A stretch of 64,000 bases of DNA from Acidobacteriota bacterium (lineage in GTDB: Bacteria > Acidobacteriota > UBA890 > WLXD01), in contig CAXWPL010000004.1 of NCBI GenBank assembly GCA_963666215.2, forward strand, positions 96,001 to 160,000, given 5' to 3'. The notes under the pieces were generated by a model, which saw only the letters and a list, made by a program, of their open reading frames with translations, did not search any database and was not told where the DNA came from. Numbering within the stretch: position 1 is the first letter of the stretch; the number at the start of each line of letters is the position of its first letter. Shown piece by piece: positions 38,584 through 48,547 of this stretch. Both the position numbers and the translations under genes were made by a program.

Positions 38584-41500
38584 TCACCCGGGAGGTCGCA
38601 CCAGCCCCGTGGAGGCGCCCACAGCGCGCCCCGGGGTCCAAACCACACCAGCGTCGTCGAGCGCCCGCCGCAGCAACGGCATCTCTTCCTGAGCGAGACG
38701 GTCGAGGTTGGAGACCAGATCGACGAGGCTGTCATAGGCCCAGCGAGTAAGTCGCGCCTGGTCGGCCGTCGGCGGCCCGGTCCAGGCCTCGGTGGTCGAG
38801 TAGAGGCGCTCGACGAGAGCGGCCAGCGGCACCCGGGTCTCCTGCTGGGCGATTCCCGACTGCGGCGCCCCACGTAGCTCCACGAGGATCTGCCGCGCGC
38901 CGTCGGCCAGCACCCGGGCTTGTTCCACGACACTGGCTGGGGCGTCCGCACGACGCTCGAGCGCGCGCTGAGCTTCGCTTACCTGGTCGACGATCTCACG
39001 AGCCGTCACCTCGGCAGCTCGCGCCACGCCGACCATCGACGACTGCGAGACCAGGGTGTCGTGCCAAAGACGCCGATCGGCCTCGCCGTGATCGATCGAC
39101 ATGTCGGGTTCGACGACCAGCGTACGCTCGTGCACCTGCTGGCCCACGGTCAGCCTCACGGTCCACTCGCCAGGCATGACGAAGAAGCCATGCAGCCCGC
39201 GCCTGTCCGCCGCTCGCGAGCGTGGATCTGGAGGCGGCTCGTGGCGAAGGTCCCAGACCAGCCGCTGCACACCGGCTCCTACTCGGCCGGCCGGCAGACG
39301 TCGAACAACGTTGCCGTCGGCGTCGAGAATGTCGACGACCGCGGCGCTCTGGCTCGCCTCCTCACTGAGCCAGTAGCTGATGAGCGCCCCGCGAGGTGGG
39401 TTCGGAGCCGTGAAGAACGAGCTGCCAAGGCTGCGACGGCCCCGGGTGAAGTCGTGCAGCTGCATGCTTGCGCGAGGCTGCGCCAGAACCGAGGACCCCG
39501 AATTACCCGCCGTTAGCTCCTCCAGGATGCCGATGTCGTCGAGGATCCAGAAGCCGCGTCCGTGGGTGCCGATGACGAGGTCGTTCTCGCGCGGGTGCAC
39601 AACGATGCCGTGAACCGCAACGGTCGGCAGGTTGTTCTGCAGGCTGATCCAATCGTCGCCGCCGCTGAACGAGGCGAAGATGCCGAGCTCGGTGCCGACG
39701 AACAGCAACTCGGGGTTGCGCGGGTGCTCGACGACGACCCGCGACGAGCCGAACTCGGGCAGGTTGGCGGTGATGTTCGTCCACGTCTCGCCCCAGTCGT
39801 CGCTCTTGACGAGGAAGGGTCCGAAGAGATTGTCCTTGTGCCCGTCGAAGGCCGCGTAGAGGGTTCCCCCGCGGCTGGCCGACCAGGTCACCCAGCTGAC
39901 CTTCATCATGTCGGGAACGCCGGGGAAGGTGTCCGATTGCCGCCACGTCCCGCCGTCGTCGCGGCTCACCTGAATGAGGCCGTCGTCGGTGCCTACGGCC
40001 ACGGTGCCGACCGCGGCCGGAGAGACCGCGAGACTCGAGATGTTGCCGTACATCGCCGTGCTTGCATGAAGGTCGATCGCGTCGGGCGGCTGCACCTCAC
40101 CCTGCAGGGGCAGCGTGGCACGGTCGATCCCACGCGTCAGGTCGGGGCTGATGACCTCCCAGGAGTCGCCCCGGTCGGTGCTCTTGAAAACCACGTTGGC
40201 TGCAAAGTAGAGCGTCTGGTGATCGTGTGGCGAGATCTGCAGAGGCGCGCTCCAGTTCCACCGGTAGCCTGGGGCGCCTTCCTGCGGCTGCCACGGTTGG
40301 ATGCGCCTACGCTCGCCGGTCCGCAGGTCGACACGAGACATCACCCCGTACTGCGACTCGCTGTAGACGATCTCGGGATCGGTCGGATCGATCTGCGAGT
40401 AGAAGCCGTCACCACCCGAGGTCACGATCCAGTCCTCGTTGGCGATCCCCGACGCATATCGCGTGGCGCTGGGGCCGCCCCACGAGCTGTTGTCCTGCGT
40501 TCCGCCGTGTACCCAGTAGAACGGCTCCCGCATATCAACGGCCACGGTGTAGAACTGCGCCACCGAGACATTGCCCTGGAACTGCCAGGTCAGGCCACGG
40601 TCGTACGAGATGTAGATGCCGCCGTCGTTGCCCAACACGAGGTGGCGAGAGTCGTCCGGGTCGACCCAGATGGTGTGGTGATCGCCGTGCACGCCGCCTC
40701 GAGCAAGATCGGTGTGGAACGTCTCTCCCCCGTCCTCCGAGACGTAGAGCGGCGTCATTGGGACATACAGGCGATCAGGATCTTGCGGATCACAGGCCAG
40801 ATGACCGTAATACCAGTGGCTCTGCACGTCGGCGTTGCGAAGCTCCCAGCTGGCACCGCCGTCGAGCGAGCGGAAGGTGCCGCCGTCGGGCGCCACGACG
40901 GTCGCGTACATGGTGTCGGGTTGGCTCGCACAGACCGCAAGCCCGATGCGCCCGACGTCGCCCTGCGGCAGGCCAACGCTCAGCTGCTCCCAGCTCTCGC
41001 CGCCGTTCGTGCTCTTGTAGATGCCGCCTTCCGGGCCCCCACCCACCATGCTCCACATGCGCCGCTCGCGCTGGAACGTGGCCGCAAACAGGACTTCCGG
41101 ATCACGAGGATCCATCAGAACATCAACGACTCCGGTGTGGTCGCTGATCGGCAGGACGTTCGCCCAGGACTCCCCACCGTCCGTCGTCTTGAACAGGCCG
41201 CGCTCCGGGTTCGGACCCCAGAGCGAACCGAGTCCGCCGACGTACACAACGTCGGGATCGGTCGGGTGAATCGCGAATCGACCGATGTGACGCGTGCCCT
41301 CGAGGCCCATGTGGCGCCAGGTCTTGCCCGCATCCAGCGACTTGTAGACGCCATCGCCGTAGGAGGAGCTGCGAACGCTGTTGGCCTCGCCCGTGCCCAC
41401 CCACACGATGTTGGGATTCGACGGAACGACCGCGATGGCACCAACAGACACGCTACCCTCGCGCTCGAAGACCGGCTTCCACGTTGTGCCGTTGTTGTCG

Positions 41501-41760
41501 GTTTTCCAGGCCCCTCCCGAAGCCGTGGCCGCGTACATGACCTGTTTGTCGTCGGGGTTCACCGCGAAAGCAACGGTCCGCCCGCTCATGATCGCCGGTC
41601 CGATGTGCCGCCATTGCAGGCCAGCCAGATCGGCGGTGCCCGGCGTTGCCTGAGGCGCGGCAGCGCCCGCAACGGTGGCCGAAAGCACTGTGAGAATGGC
41701 ACAAGGCACACCAATAGCTACGGCGAGCCGCTTGGTGTGGCGTAGGATGAGGTCACGCAT
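38584..41760 (-). CDS. VPS10/BNR-repeat secreted protein (glycosyl hydrolase-like)
   Basis: WRHIGPAIMSGR, repeated SxDxGxTW Asp-boxes, GGTQDNSSW, GTHGRGFWILDD. Confidence 0.88.
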   Translation of the reverse strand: MRDLILRHTKRLAVAIGVPCAILTVLSATVAGAAAPQATPGTADLAGLQWRHIGPAIMSGRTVAFAVNPDDKQVMYAATASGGAWKTDNNGTTWKPVFEREGSVSVGAIAVVPSNPNIVWVGTGEANSVRSSSYGDGVYKSLDAGKTWRHMGLEGTRHIGRFAIHPTDPDVVYVGGLGSLWGPNPERGLFKTTDGGESWANVLPISDHTGVVDVLMDPRDPEVLFAATFQRERRMWSMVGGGPEGGIYKSTNGGESWEQLSVGLPQGDVGRIGLAVCASQPDTMYATVVAPDGGTFRSLDGGASWELRNADVQSHWYYGHLACDPQDPDRLYVPMTPLYVSEDGGETFHTDLARGGVHGDHHTIWVDPDDSRHLVLGNDGGIYISYDRGLTWQFQGNVSVAQFYTVAVDMREPFYWVHGGTQDNSSWGGPSATRYASGIANEDWIVTSGGDGFYSQIDPTDPEIVYSESQYGVMSRVDLRTGERRRIQPWQPQEGAPGYRWNWSAPLQISPHDHQTLYFAANVVFKSTDRGDSWEVISPDLTRGIDRATLPLQGEVQPPDAIDLHASTAMYGNISSLAVSPAAVGTVAVGTDDGLIQVSRDDGGTWRQSDTFPGVPDMMKVSWVTWSASRGGTLYAAFDGHKDNLFGPFLVKSDDWGETWTNITANLPEFGSSRVVVEHPRNPELLFVGTELGIFASFSGGDDWISLQNNLPTVAVHGIVVHPRENDLVIGTHGRGFWILDDIGILEELTAGNSGSSVLAQPRASMQLHDFTRGRRSLGSSFFTAPNPPRGALISYWLSEEASQSAAVVDILDADGNVVRRLPAGRVGAGVQRLVWDLRHEPPPDPRSRAADRRGLHGFFVMPGEWTVRLTVGQQVHERTLVVEPDMSIDHGEADRRLWHDTLVSQSSMVGVARAAEVTAREIVDQVSEAQRALERRADAPASVVEQARVLADGARQILVELRGAPQSGIAQQETRVPLAALVERLYSTTEAWTGPPTADQARLTRWAYDSLVDLVSNLDRLAQEEMPLLRRALDDAGVVWTPGRAVGASTGLVRPPG

Positions 41761-41885
41761 GATCTCGCCTCCGAGGCTCTGACAAGAAACGACTGCTGGC
41801 ACTCCTGTGATCGGGCGAAACAGTCCATCGGCCTCGTCGCTGGGCGCGCGCTGGATGACAGTCAGCGGGTCGAGGCGCACTCGAG

Positions 41886-41914
41886 TTTCTACCCATCAGT
41901 CGAATTAATGTCAA
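41886..41914 (-). promoter_or_regulatory. Sigma70-like promoter TTGACA-17-TAGAAA containing operator 7
   Basis: Operator TTCTACCCATCAGTCGAA at 41887-41904. Confidence 0.75.
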
Positions 41915-41980
41915 GCTGGCGAGTGCTCTCGATGCGCCGCGAACCGCCACAAATGAAGGTCGCGCCCGAGCGCGCAGCTA

Positions 41981-42009
41981 TTGCCAGAAATTCTACTCAA
42001 CGGTAGGAT
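41981..42009 (+). promoter_or_regulatory. Sigma70-like promoter TTGCCA-17-TAGGAT containing operator 8 (drives the TetR-containing operon)
   Basis: Operator TTCTACTCAACGGTAGGA at 41991-42008. Confidence 0.75.
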
Positions 42010-42048
42010 AGTGAACGCTCTTGGCTTGTGGACTGAAAGTGGGTAGGC

Positions 42049-42300
42049 GTGTCGGGCGGTGAATTCAAGATCAAGGCCCGCTTGTCGGGCGTCTTCTATC
42101 GCTCGGCCGCTCCCGAGGCTCCTCCGTTCGTGGGAGTAGGATCCGAAGTGCCGCGACGCGGGACTGTTGCCCTACTGGAGTCGATGAAGCTGTTCACGAA
42201 GGTCAAGTCGCCGGAGGCCGGCACCGTGGTGGAAATTGTTGCGGCCGACGGTGAAGCCGTGGCGGTGGGAGACGTGCTGCTGCGGTTGCGAAGGACGTAA
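42049..42300 (+). CDS. accB: Biotin carboxyl carrier protein (minimal domain)
   Basis: GVFYRS..P..PPFV.VG, LESMKL biotinylation motif. Confidence 0.85.
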   Translation: MSGGEFKIKARLSGVFYRSAAPEAPPFVGVGSEVPRRGTVALLESMKLFTKVKSPEAGTVVEIVAADGEAVAVGDVLLRLRRT

Positions 42301-42361
42301 TACCTGCACCGGGTCGTGAACTCCGCGACCGGCGCGTCGGGCGCGACGTCGAGTAGGAGAA

Positions 42362-43135
42362 TTGTTGGCGAACAAAGCGTGGCACGATCTTTCCGGTAGA
42401 GTGGTGATGATCTACGGCGCAAGCCGGGGCCTCGGCCGCGAAGTGGCAGTCCACCTGGCGGGTGCCGGAGCGAGCGTGGCCTGCTGCGCGCGGAACCTCG
42501 AGGGGCTCGAGGAGACTGCATCGCGTGTCGCCGATGTGGGCGGAGAGGCCACGATCTTCCCCGTCGACGTCACGACGGAGGCGGCAGTGGAGGATCACAC
42601 CAACGCCGTCGCCGATCGTTTCGGACGCATCGACGTGGTCGTTTACTGCGCCGGAGTCATGCATGCCGCGCCCGCGCTCAGAACCTCCGACAGCGACTGG
42701 TCACGCGTCCTGAGCGTCAACCTGACGGGAGCGTTCGTTGCCGCACGCGCCGCCGCGAGGCACATGAAGGCGCATGGCGGCAGGATGATCCTCTTCGGCA
42801 CCGCCTTCGTCGGACGCGTGCTTCCTCTGACCGTCGCCTACAACGTCTCCAAGGCAGGACTCCACCAACTCGTGCGCAGCCTGGCCGTGGAGTGGGCCCG
42901 CTATTCCATCACCGTCAACGGCATCGCGCCGGGGTATTTCGACACCGAGATGCCCCAAGCTGTGCTGGGCGACCCTCAACTGCGCGACGCCGTGCTCGCG
43001 AGGATCCCGCTTCGTCGCGTCGGCGAACCAGGAGAAATCGGACCGCTGGTACATTACCTCGCTTCCGATGCTTCCTCATTCATGACGGGTGCCGTGCTGC
43101 GCATCGACGGCGGGCAGTCATTGAACGTCTCGTAA
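42362..43135 (+). CDS. Short-chain dehydrogenase/reductase
   Basis: GASRGLG, YNVSK, VNGIAPG. Confidence 0.88.
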   Translation: MLANKAWHDLSGRVVMIYGASRGLGREVAVHLAGAGASVACCARNLEGLEETASRVADVGGEATIFPVDVTTEAAVEDHTNAVADRFGRIDVVVYCAGVMHAAPALRTSDSDWSRVLSVNLTGAFVAARAAARHMKAHGGRMILFGTAFVGRVLPLTVAYNVSKAGLHQLVRSLAVEWARYSITVNGIAPGYFDTEMPQAVLGDPQLRDAVLARIPLRRVGEPGEIGPLVHYLASDASSFMTGAVLRIDGGQSLNVS

Positions 43136-43179
43136 GGCTGACTCGACCGGCAGCCTAGTTATTCGAACCGGAGCGCCCT

Positions 43180-43804
43180 ATGGCAACTTCAACCGGAGAC
43201 GCTAAACAGAAGAAGCGTGACCGCTTCAACCGCAGACGCGATCTCATCATCGAAAAGGCGACTCAGGTATTCGGCCGCAAGGCGTTCCACGCCACCACTC
43301 TGGACGAGATCGCGGAGGAGCTCGGCGTCACGAAGGCTAGCCTCTACTACTACTTTTCTACCAAGGAGGGAGTTGCTGTACGCGGTTCTGCTGACATCGA
43401 TCGGAGAGCACCTGGAACTCGCCGACCGAGTGCTCGAGGAGAACCCCGACGCAGCCCCGGCCAAGAAGCTGGAACTGCTGATTGCCGAACACATGCGGTT
43501 GCTGGCGACCAAGTACGAACACGCATTTCTGCTCCAGCAGGAATACGAGCTTGCCGAGCCCCATCGCACGAAGATCGTCGATCTGCGCAAGGAGTACCAG
43601 GCACGGTTTTCCAGGGTCCTGCACGAAGGAGTCGAGAAACACAGTTTCCGGGTCAGAGACCAGAGCATCGCCGTCCTGATGATCCTCGGCTCGATCAACT
43701 GGTTCCTGCGCTGGTACCGGTCAGACGGGCGGTTCACGGTCGACGAAATCGCCCGGACCTTCGTCGACATGATCCTGCACGGCCTGCTGGCGAAAAACGC
43801 GTGA
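43180..43804 (+). CDS. TetR-family regulator (KstR2-like C-terminus) with a 1-nt frameshift at ~43369
   Basis: TTLDEIAEELGVTKASLYYYFSTKE in one frame; ELLY...LGSINWFLRWYRSDG in another; extra G in aaggagggag. Confidence 0.85.
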
Positions 43805-43847
43805 TGGCCAGGCATCTCGCACCGCCCGGCACGGGACGTTAGTCGGC

Positions 43848-45053
43848 ATGCGTGACGTGGTCTTCGCGAGTGCCGTGCGCCTACCCATCGGGCGCTACCT
43901 GGGCTCCCTGCAGTCCGTCAATACGGCGTTCATGGGCGAGGCGGTCGCGCGGGCCGCGCTGCAGCGGGCCGCTATCGACGGAGCCGCGGTCGACGCCGTG
44001 CTGATGTCGGAGACCTACCGCGGCGACCTGCCCGGCTGTTCTGCCCGACCGGTGGCGCTGCGCGCCGGGTTGCCGATCGAGGTTCCCGGTTTCAACCTCA
44101 ACATGCATTGCGGCACCGGGCTGCAGGCAATCGTCGTCGGTTCGCAGATGATCCGCTGTGGTGATGCCGAGGTGGTGCTGGTTGTCGCCATGGAGTCAAT
44201 GAGCCGCGCGGTGCACTTCCTGCGCGGCGCGCGGCAGGGGTTCCGGCTCGGCCACTCGACGCTGGTCGACCAGCTGGTGCAGAAGGGTGATCCGGCAAGG
44301 AACCCCGAGATCGATCCCACAGCAAGGCTGTCGATGGGAGAGACTGCCGAGAATCTGGCGGACAAATACGGGATCTCCCGGGAGCGACAGGACGAGCTGG
44401 CGCTGCGATCGCAGCGCCATGCCGCGCGCGCCCTGGAGGAGGGCCGTTTCACCGACCAGATCGTGCCGATCGACGTGCCACACGGCCGGCGCGAAACGCG
44501 GACCTTCGACACCGACGAGTATCCGCGCGCCGACAGCAGCCTCGAGAAGCTCGCCAGGCTTTCTCCTGTCTTCAGGTCGGAAGGAACCGTCACGGCCGGC
44601 AATTCCAGCGGTATGAACGACGGCGCCGCGGCCCTTGTGTTGATGTCGGCCGATCGTGCCAAGAGCTCGGGTTGCGAGCCGCTCGGCCGGTTCGTGGGCC
44701 ACGCGGCCGCCGGGGTTGCACCGGAGCAGATGGGCCTGGGCCCGGTGCCGGCGACGCGCCGGCTTCTCGAGCGCACCGGGTTGACGCTCGACCGCTTCCG
44801 CAGCATCGAGCTGAACGAAGCCTTTGCCGCCCAGGTTCTGGCCTGCTTCGAGGAGTACCCGGAGCTCGCGGAACGGCTCGAGATCATCAACGTCAACGGC
44901 TCGGGCATCTCGCTCGGGCATCCGATCGGCGCCACCGGCACCATCCTTGCGGTCAAGATGCTGCACGAGCTTCAGCGCATCGGTGGCGGCACGGGCCTCT
45001 GCACGATGTGCGTCGGCGGCGGGCAGGGCATCGCCGTGGCTCTCGAAGGATGA
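43848..45053 (+). CDS. Acetyl-CoA C-acyltransferase (thiolase)
   Basis: NMHCGTG, TAGNSSGMNDGAA, NEAFA, GHPIGATG, CVGGGQG. Confidence 0.92.
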   Translation: MRDVVFASAVRLPIGRYLGSLQSVNTAFMGEAVARAALQRAAIDGAAVDAVLMSETYRGDLPGCSARPVALRAGLPIEVPGFNLNMHCGTGLQAIVVGSQMIRCGDAEVVLVVAMESMSRAVHFLRGARQGFRLGHSTLVDQLVQKGDPARNPEIDPTARLSMGETAENLADKYGISRERQDELALRSQRHAARALEEGRFTDQIVPIDVPHGRRETRTFDTDEYPRADSSLEKLARLSPVFRSEGTVTAGNSSGMNDGAAALVLMSADRAKSSGCEPLGRFVGHAAAGVAPEQMGLGPVPATRRLLERTGLTLDRFRSIELNEAFAAQVLACFEEYPELAERLEIINVNGSGISLGHPIGATGTILAVKMLHELQRIGGGTGLCTMCVGGGQGIAVALEG

Positions 45054-45748
45054 CCCACCGGAAGATGGAAGGACAGCCTCGAATCGGCCTGATTGGCGGC
45101 ACCGGCAACGAAGGGCAGGGCCTGGCGTTGCGCTTCGCCGCCGCCGGATTCCCGGTGATGATCGGATCGCGCGACGCTGCGCGGGCGCGCGATGTTGTCG
45201 CGGCATTGACGGAACGCGGCGGAAGCCCCGACATGGTGGGCAACGAAAACTCCGAGGTCATCGCCGCCTGCGACATCAACGTCCTCAGCGTGCCGTTCGC
45301 TCATGCGGCGGGTCTCCTCGACGAGCATGGCCACGCGTTCCGCTCGGGATCGCTCCTGATCGACGTGACCGTGCCGGTGAGCTTCGCGGCTGGTGCCGTG
45401 CGCTTCGTGGAGGTGCCGGAGGGGTCGGCGGCCGAGCAGATTCGCCAGCATCTTCCGAACGATGTCGGCCTGGCGGGAGCGCTGAAGACGCTTCCTGCCT
45501 TCCTCCTCGGCAAGACAGAGCGGACACTCGATTGCGATGCCTTCGTGTGTGGTGATTCACCCGAATCGAGACGCCGGGCGATCGAGATTCTCGACCAGTT
45601 GCCGGGCCTCAGGGCCGTCGATGCCGGTGACCTCGAGTCGGCCAGGACCCTCGAGCGGATGACTGTCCTGCTGATCAACATCAACCGTCGCTACAAGATC
45701 CACGATGGCCGGTTGCGGGTTCTCGGCCTGCAGCCAAGGCTCGGCTGA
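45050..45748 (+). CDS. npdG: NADPH-dependent F420 reductase (Fno/NpdG)
   Basis: IGGTGNEGQGLALR, IGSR, GSAAEQ, T.LLININRRYK. Confidence 0.88.
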   Translation: MTHRKMEGQPRIGLIGGTGNEGQGLALRFAAAGFPVMIGSRDAARARDVVAALTERGGSPDMVGNENSEVIAACDINVLSVPFAHAAGLLDEHGHAFRSGSLLIDVTVPVSFAAGAVRFVEVPEGSAAEQIRQHLPNDVGLAGALKTLPAFLLGKTERTLDCDAFVCGDSPESRRRAIEILDQLPGLRAVDAGDLESARTLERMTVLLININRRYKIHDGRLRVLGLQPRLG

Positions 45749-45812
45749 CGTCGATCACCACACCAGCGCGCCGGGCTCGGACGAAAGCCCTGCGCCCGCC
45801 GCGGAGGACATC

Positions 45813-46604
45813 GTGAACGCCAACCCATACCGCAGCGTGCGCCTCGAACGCCACGGGCCGGTGCTCCACGTCGTGCTTGCGCGACCCGACGTGCACGACG
45901 CCTTCAACAACGACACGGTGCTCGAGCTCACCGACGTCTTTGGCGACGCCGCCGTGCAAGACGCCGTCCGCGTCGTGCTGATGCGCTCGACCGGCAAACA
46001 CTTCTCTGCCGGCGCGGACGTCAACTGGTTGAAGCGGGTTGGCGAGTCCAGCAGGGCCGAGAACATCGCCGACGCCGAACGTCTCCACGACATGCTGAAC
46101 GCCATCGCATGCTGTCCGAAGCCGGTCGTGGCGCGGGTGCAGGGCGCCGCCCTCGGGGGAGGCTGTGGCCTCGCCGCCGCGGCCGATATCGCGATCGCCT
46201 CGGAGCGCGCCTTCTTTGGCTTCACGGAAGTCAGGCTGGGCATCGCTCCGGCGGCAATCTCGCCGTTCGTGCTGCGCAAGATCCACACTGGCCGCGCGTT
46301 GCCGCTGTTCCTGACGGGGGTGAGATTCGACGCGAACCAGGCACTAGACTACGGGCTGGTGCACAGGGTGGTTGTCGAAGACGATCTCGACAACGCGGTC
46401 GCCGCGGTCATCGAGGACTTGCTGGCCGGCAGCCCGGCGGCGCTGGCCGCCGTCAAGCGGTTGGTCGAGGACATACGCGGCGCCTCGATCGACGAGGCGC
46501 GCCCGTTCACCACGCGCGCAATCGCCGACCTACGCGCCGGCGACGAGGGGCGCGAGGGTCTGTCGGCATTCCTCGAGAAGAGGAAGCCCGACTGGGCTCA
46601 GTGA
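45813..46604 (+). CDS. Enoyl-CoA hydratase/isomerase (methylglutaconyl-CoA hydratase-like)
   Basis: GKHFSAGAD, GAALGGG.GL, TEVRLGIAPAAISPFV, AFLEKRKP.W. Confidence 0.88.
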   Translation: MNANPYRSVRLERHGPVLHVVLARPDVHDAFNNDTVLELTDVFGDAAVQDAVRVVLMRSTGKHFSAGADVNWLKRVGESSRAENIADAERLHDMLNAIACCPKPVVARVQGAALGGGCGLAAAADIAIASERAFFGFTEVRLGIAPAAISPFVLRKIHTGRALPLFLTGVRFDANQALDYGLVHRVVVEDDLDNAVAAVIEDLLAGSPAALAAVKRLVEDIRGASIDEARPFTTRAIADLRAGDEGREGLSAFLEKRKPDWAQ

Positions 46605-48547
46605 ACGCTCGGCAGGCAACCGCCAATCGCGCGCCCCACCCGTGAGCCCTCGGCGATTGCCTCGAGCGCGCTGCGCGGAGCGATCGCGTCGCCGATGACC
46701 TCGACACGCGACGCTACCGCCCGAATGCCCTCCAGGAGACGGGTGTCGGCCTTGGCTCCGGCGGCGACAACCACGGTGTCGACGCCACGGAAGGTCACGG
46801 GTGTGCCGTCGCGTTCGGCCTCGACGGAGCCGTTGTGGATGGCGAGGACCTTGGTCGACAGAACGACCTCCACCGGCAGGTTGGCGAACTCCCTCTCGAT
46901 GTGCCATTTCGCGTCGGGCGGCATTCCGTGCCCCCAACCCGGCAGCATCTCGAGCATCGTGACCGTGTGCTCCTGCTCTGCCAGCATGTGCGCCACCTCG
47001 GCGCCAACAGCCCCGCCGCCGAGCACGACGACACTCTTCCCGATCTGCGCGCGGCCTTGCAAGAAAGTGTCGGCCAGCACCACGTGCGGCCCATCCAGCC
47101 CCGGTATCGGTGGCTTCAGGGGCTCGGCACCGGCGGCAAACACGACCACGTCGGGTGCCAGCTCCACGACCAGCTCTGGCGCCACCGCGGTATTCAGCCG
47201 CATGTCGACACCGTGCTTGCGGCATTGGTCGACGAAGTAGTCGATGCCGACCGCGTACTCCTGCTTGTCGGGAGCCAGCGTGCCCAGATAAAGGCGCCCG
47301 CCCCAGTATGGCTCGCGCTCGCAGACAATGACGTCGTGGCCTCGCTGTGCCGCAACGCGGGCCGCCTCCAGCCCTCCGGGGCCGCCACCAACGACCAGCA
47401 CCCGTTGCAATCTCGCCGGAGGGTCCATCCGCAGCTCCAGCTCGAAGCCGGCCTCGGCGTTGAGCAGGCAAGCGGTCGCCCGGGTGTCGCGCGAAGGGTC
47501 GTGGCAGCCCTTGTTGCAACCGATGCAGATGCAGATGTCGTCCTGCTCGCCGCGCATGGCTTTGAGCGGAAAATCAGGATCGGAGATCAGCGGACGGCCC
47601 AGCGAGATCACGTCGGCGTCGCCCCGGACGAGGATCTCCTCGGCGAGCTCGGGCGTGCTGATGCGGCCGACGGTGCTGATCGGGATGTTGCACGCCGCTT
47701 TGACCGCCCGCGCCATTCCCGTGAAGCAACCGCGCGGCAGCGACATGTTGGGAACCGTGTAGTAGTAGGGAGCGACCCCAGCGGAGACGGCCACGAGATC
47801 GGCGCCCGCTCCTTCGAGCATGGCGGCGATGAGCGGTGTCTCGGCCGTCGTCAGCCCGTTGTCGGTGAACTCGTCGCCCGAGATCTTGACGGTGAGCGGA
47901 ATGTCGGCACCGACGACCTCACGTACGCGTCGTACGACGCGTACGATGAAACGGCCCCGGTTCTCCAGGCTCCCTCCGTACTCGTCGTCCCGGTCGTTGG
48001 CCCTGGGCGAGAGGAACTGCGCCGGCAGGTAGCCGTGTGCGCCGTGCACTTCGATGCCGTCGAAGCCGGCCTCCATCGCCCGCCGCGCTCCGTCCGCGTA
48101 CCACTCCACCGCGATCGCGATGTCCTCGTGAGTCATCGGCCGCGGCACCTGCAGCTTGATCGGGCACGGAACCGACGACGGCCCAATCAGCGGATGGCCG
48201 GTCACGCTCGTGTTGGTCTGCCGGCCGGCGTGGTGGAGCTGGATGGAGGCCACGGCGCCATGCTTGCGGATGGCGCTGGCGAGCCGGCTCAGGCCCGGGA
48301 TCAGCTGGTCGTCGTGGATGCCCAGTTGATTGCCGAAGGTACCCGACGGGTGTACGAACGCCGCGCCGACCACGATGTAGCCAACGCCGCCTGCCGCGCG
48401 CCGTTCATAGAAGGCGAGCTCGCGGTCGGTCACCGAGCCGTCGGCCGGCGCCATATGGCCCGACATGGCGGTCATCAGCATGCGGTTCTTGACCTCGCGG
48501 GGTCCGACCTGGATGGGGCTCACGAGCGTCGGGAACGGGGACGTCAC
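46598..48547 (-). CDS. NADH:flavin oxidoreductase (Old Yellow Enzyme / 2,4-dienoyl-CoA reductase-like, Fe-S and FAD)
   Basis: QLHHAGR, HGAHGYL..QFLSP..N.R.DEYGGS, CIGCNKGC...C, GGGPGG. Confidence 0.9.
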   Translation of the reverse strand: MTSPFPTLVSPIQVGPREVKNRMLMTAMSGHMAPADGSVTDRELAFYERRAAGGVGYIVVGAAFVHPSGTFGNQLGIHDDQLIPGLSRLASAIRKHGAVASIQLHHAGRQTNTSVTGHPLIGPSSVPCPIKLQVPRPMTHEDIAIAVEWYADGARRAMEAGFDGIEVHGAHGYLPAQFLSPRANDRDDEYGGSLENRGRFIVRVVRRVREVVGADIPLTVKISGDEFTDNGLTTAETPLIAAMLEGAGADLVAVSAGVAPYYYTVPNMSLPRGCFTGMARAVKAACNIPISTVGRISTPELAEEILVRGDADVISLGRPLISDPDFPLKAMRGEQDDICICIGCNKGCHDPSRDTRATACLLNAEAGFELELRMDPPARLQRVLVVGGGPGGLEAARVAAQRGHDVIVCEREPYWGGRLYLGTLAPDKQEYAVGIDYFVDQCRKHGVDMRLNTAVAPELVVELAPDVVVFAAGAEPLKPPIPGLDGPHVVLADTFLQGRAQIGKSVVVLGGGAVGAEVAHMLAEQEHTVTMLEMLPGWGHGMPPDAKWHIEREFANLPVEVVLSTKVLAIHNGSVEAERDGTPVTFRGVDTVVVAAGAKADTRLLEGIRAVASRVEVIGDAIAPRSALEAIAEGSRVGRAIGGCLPSVH

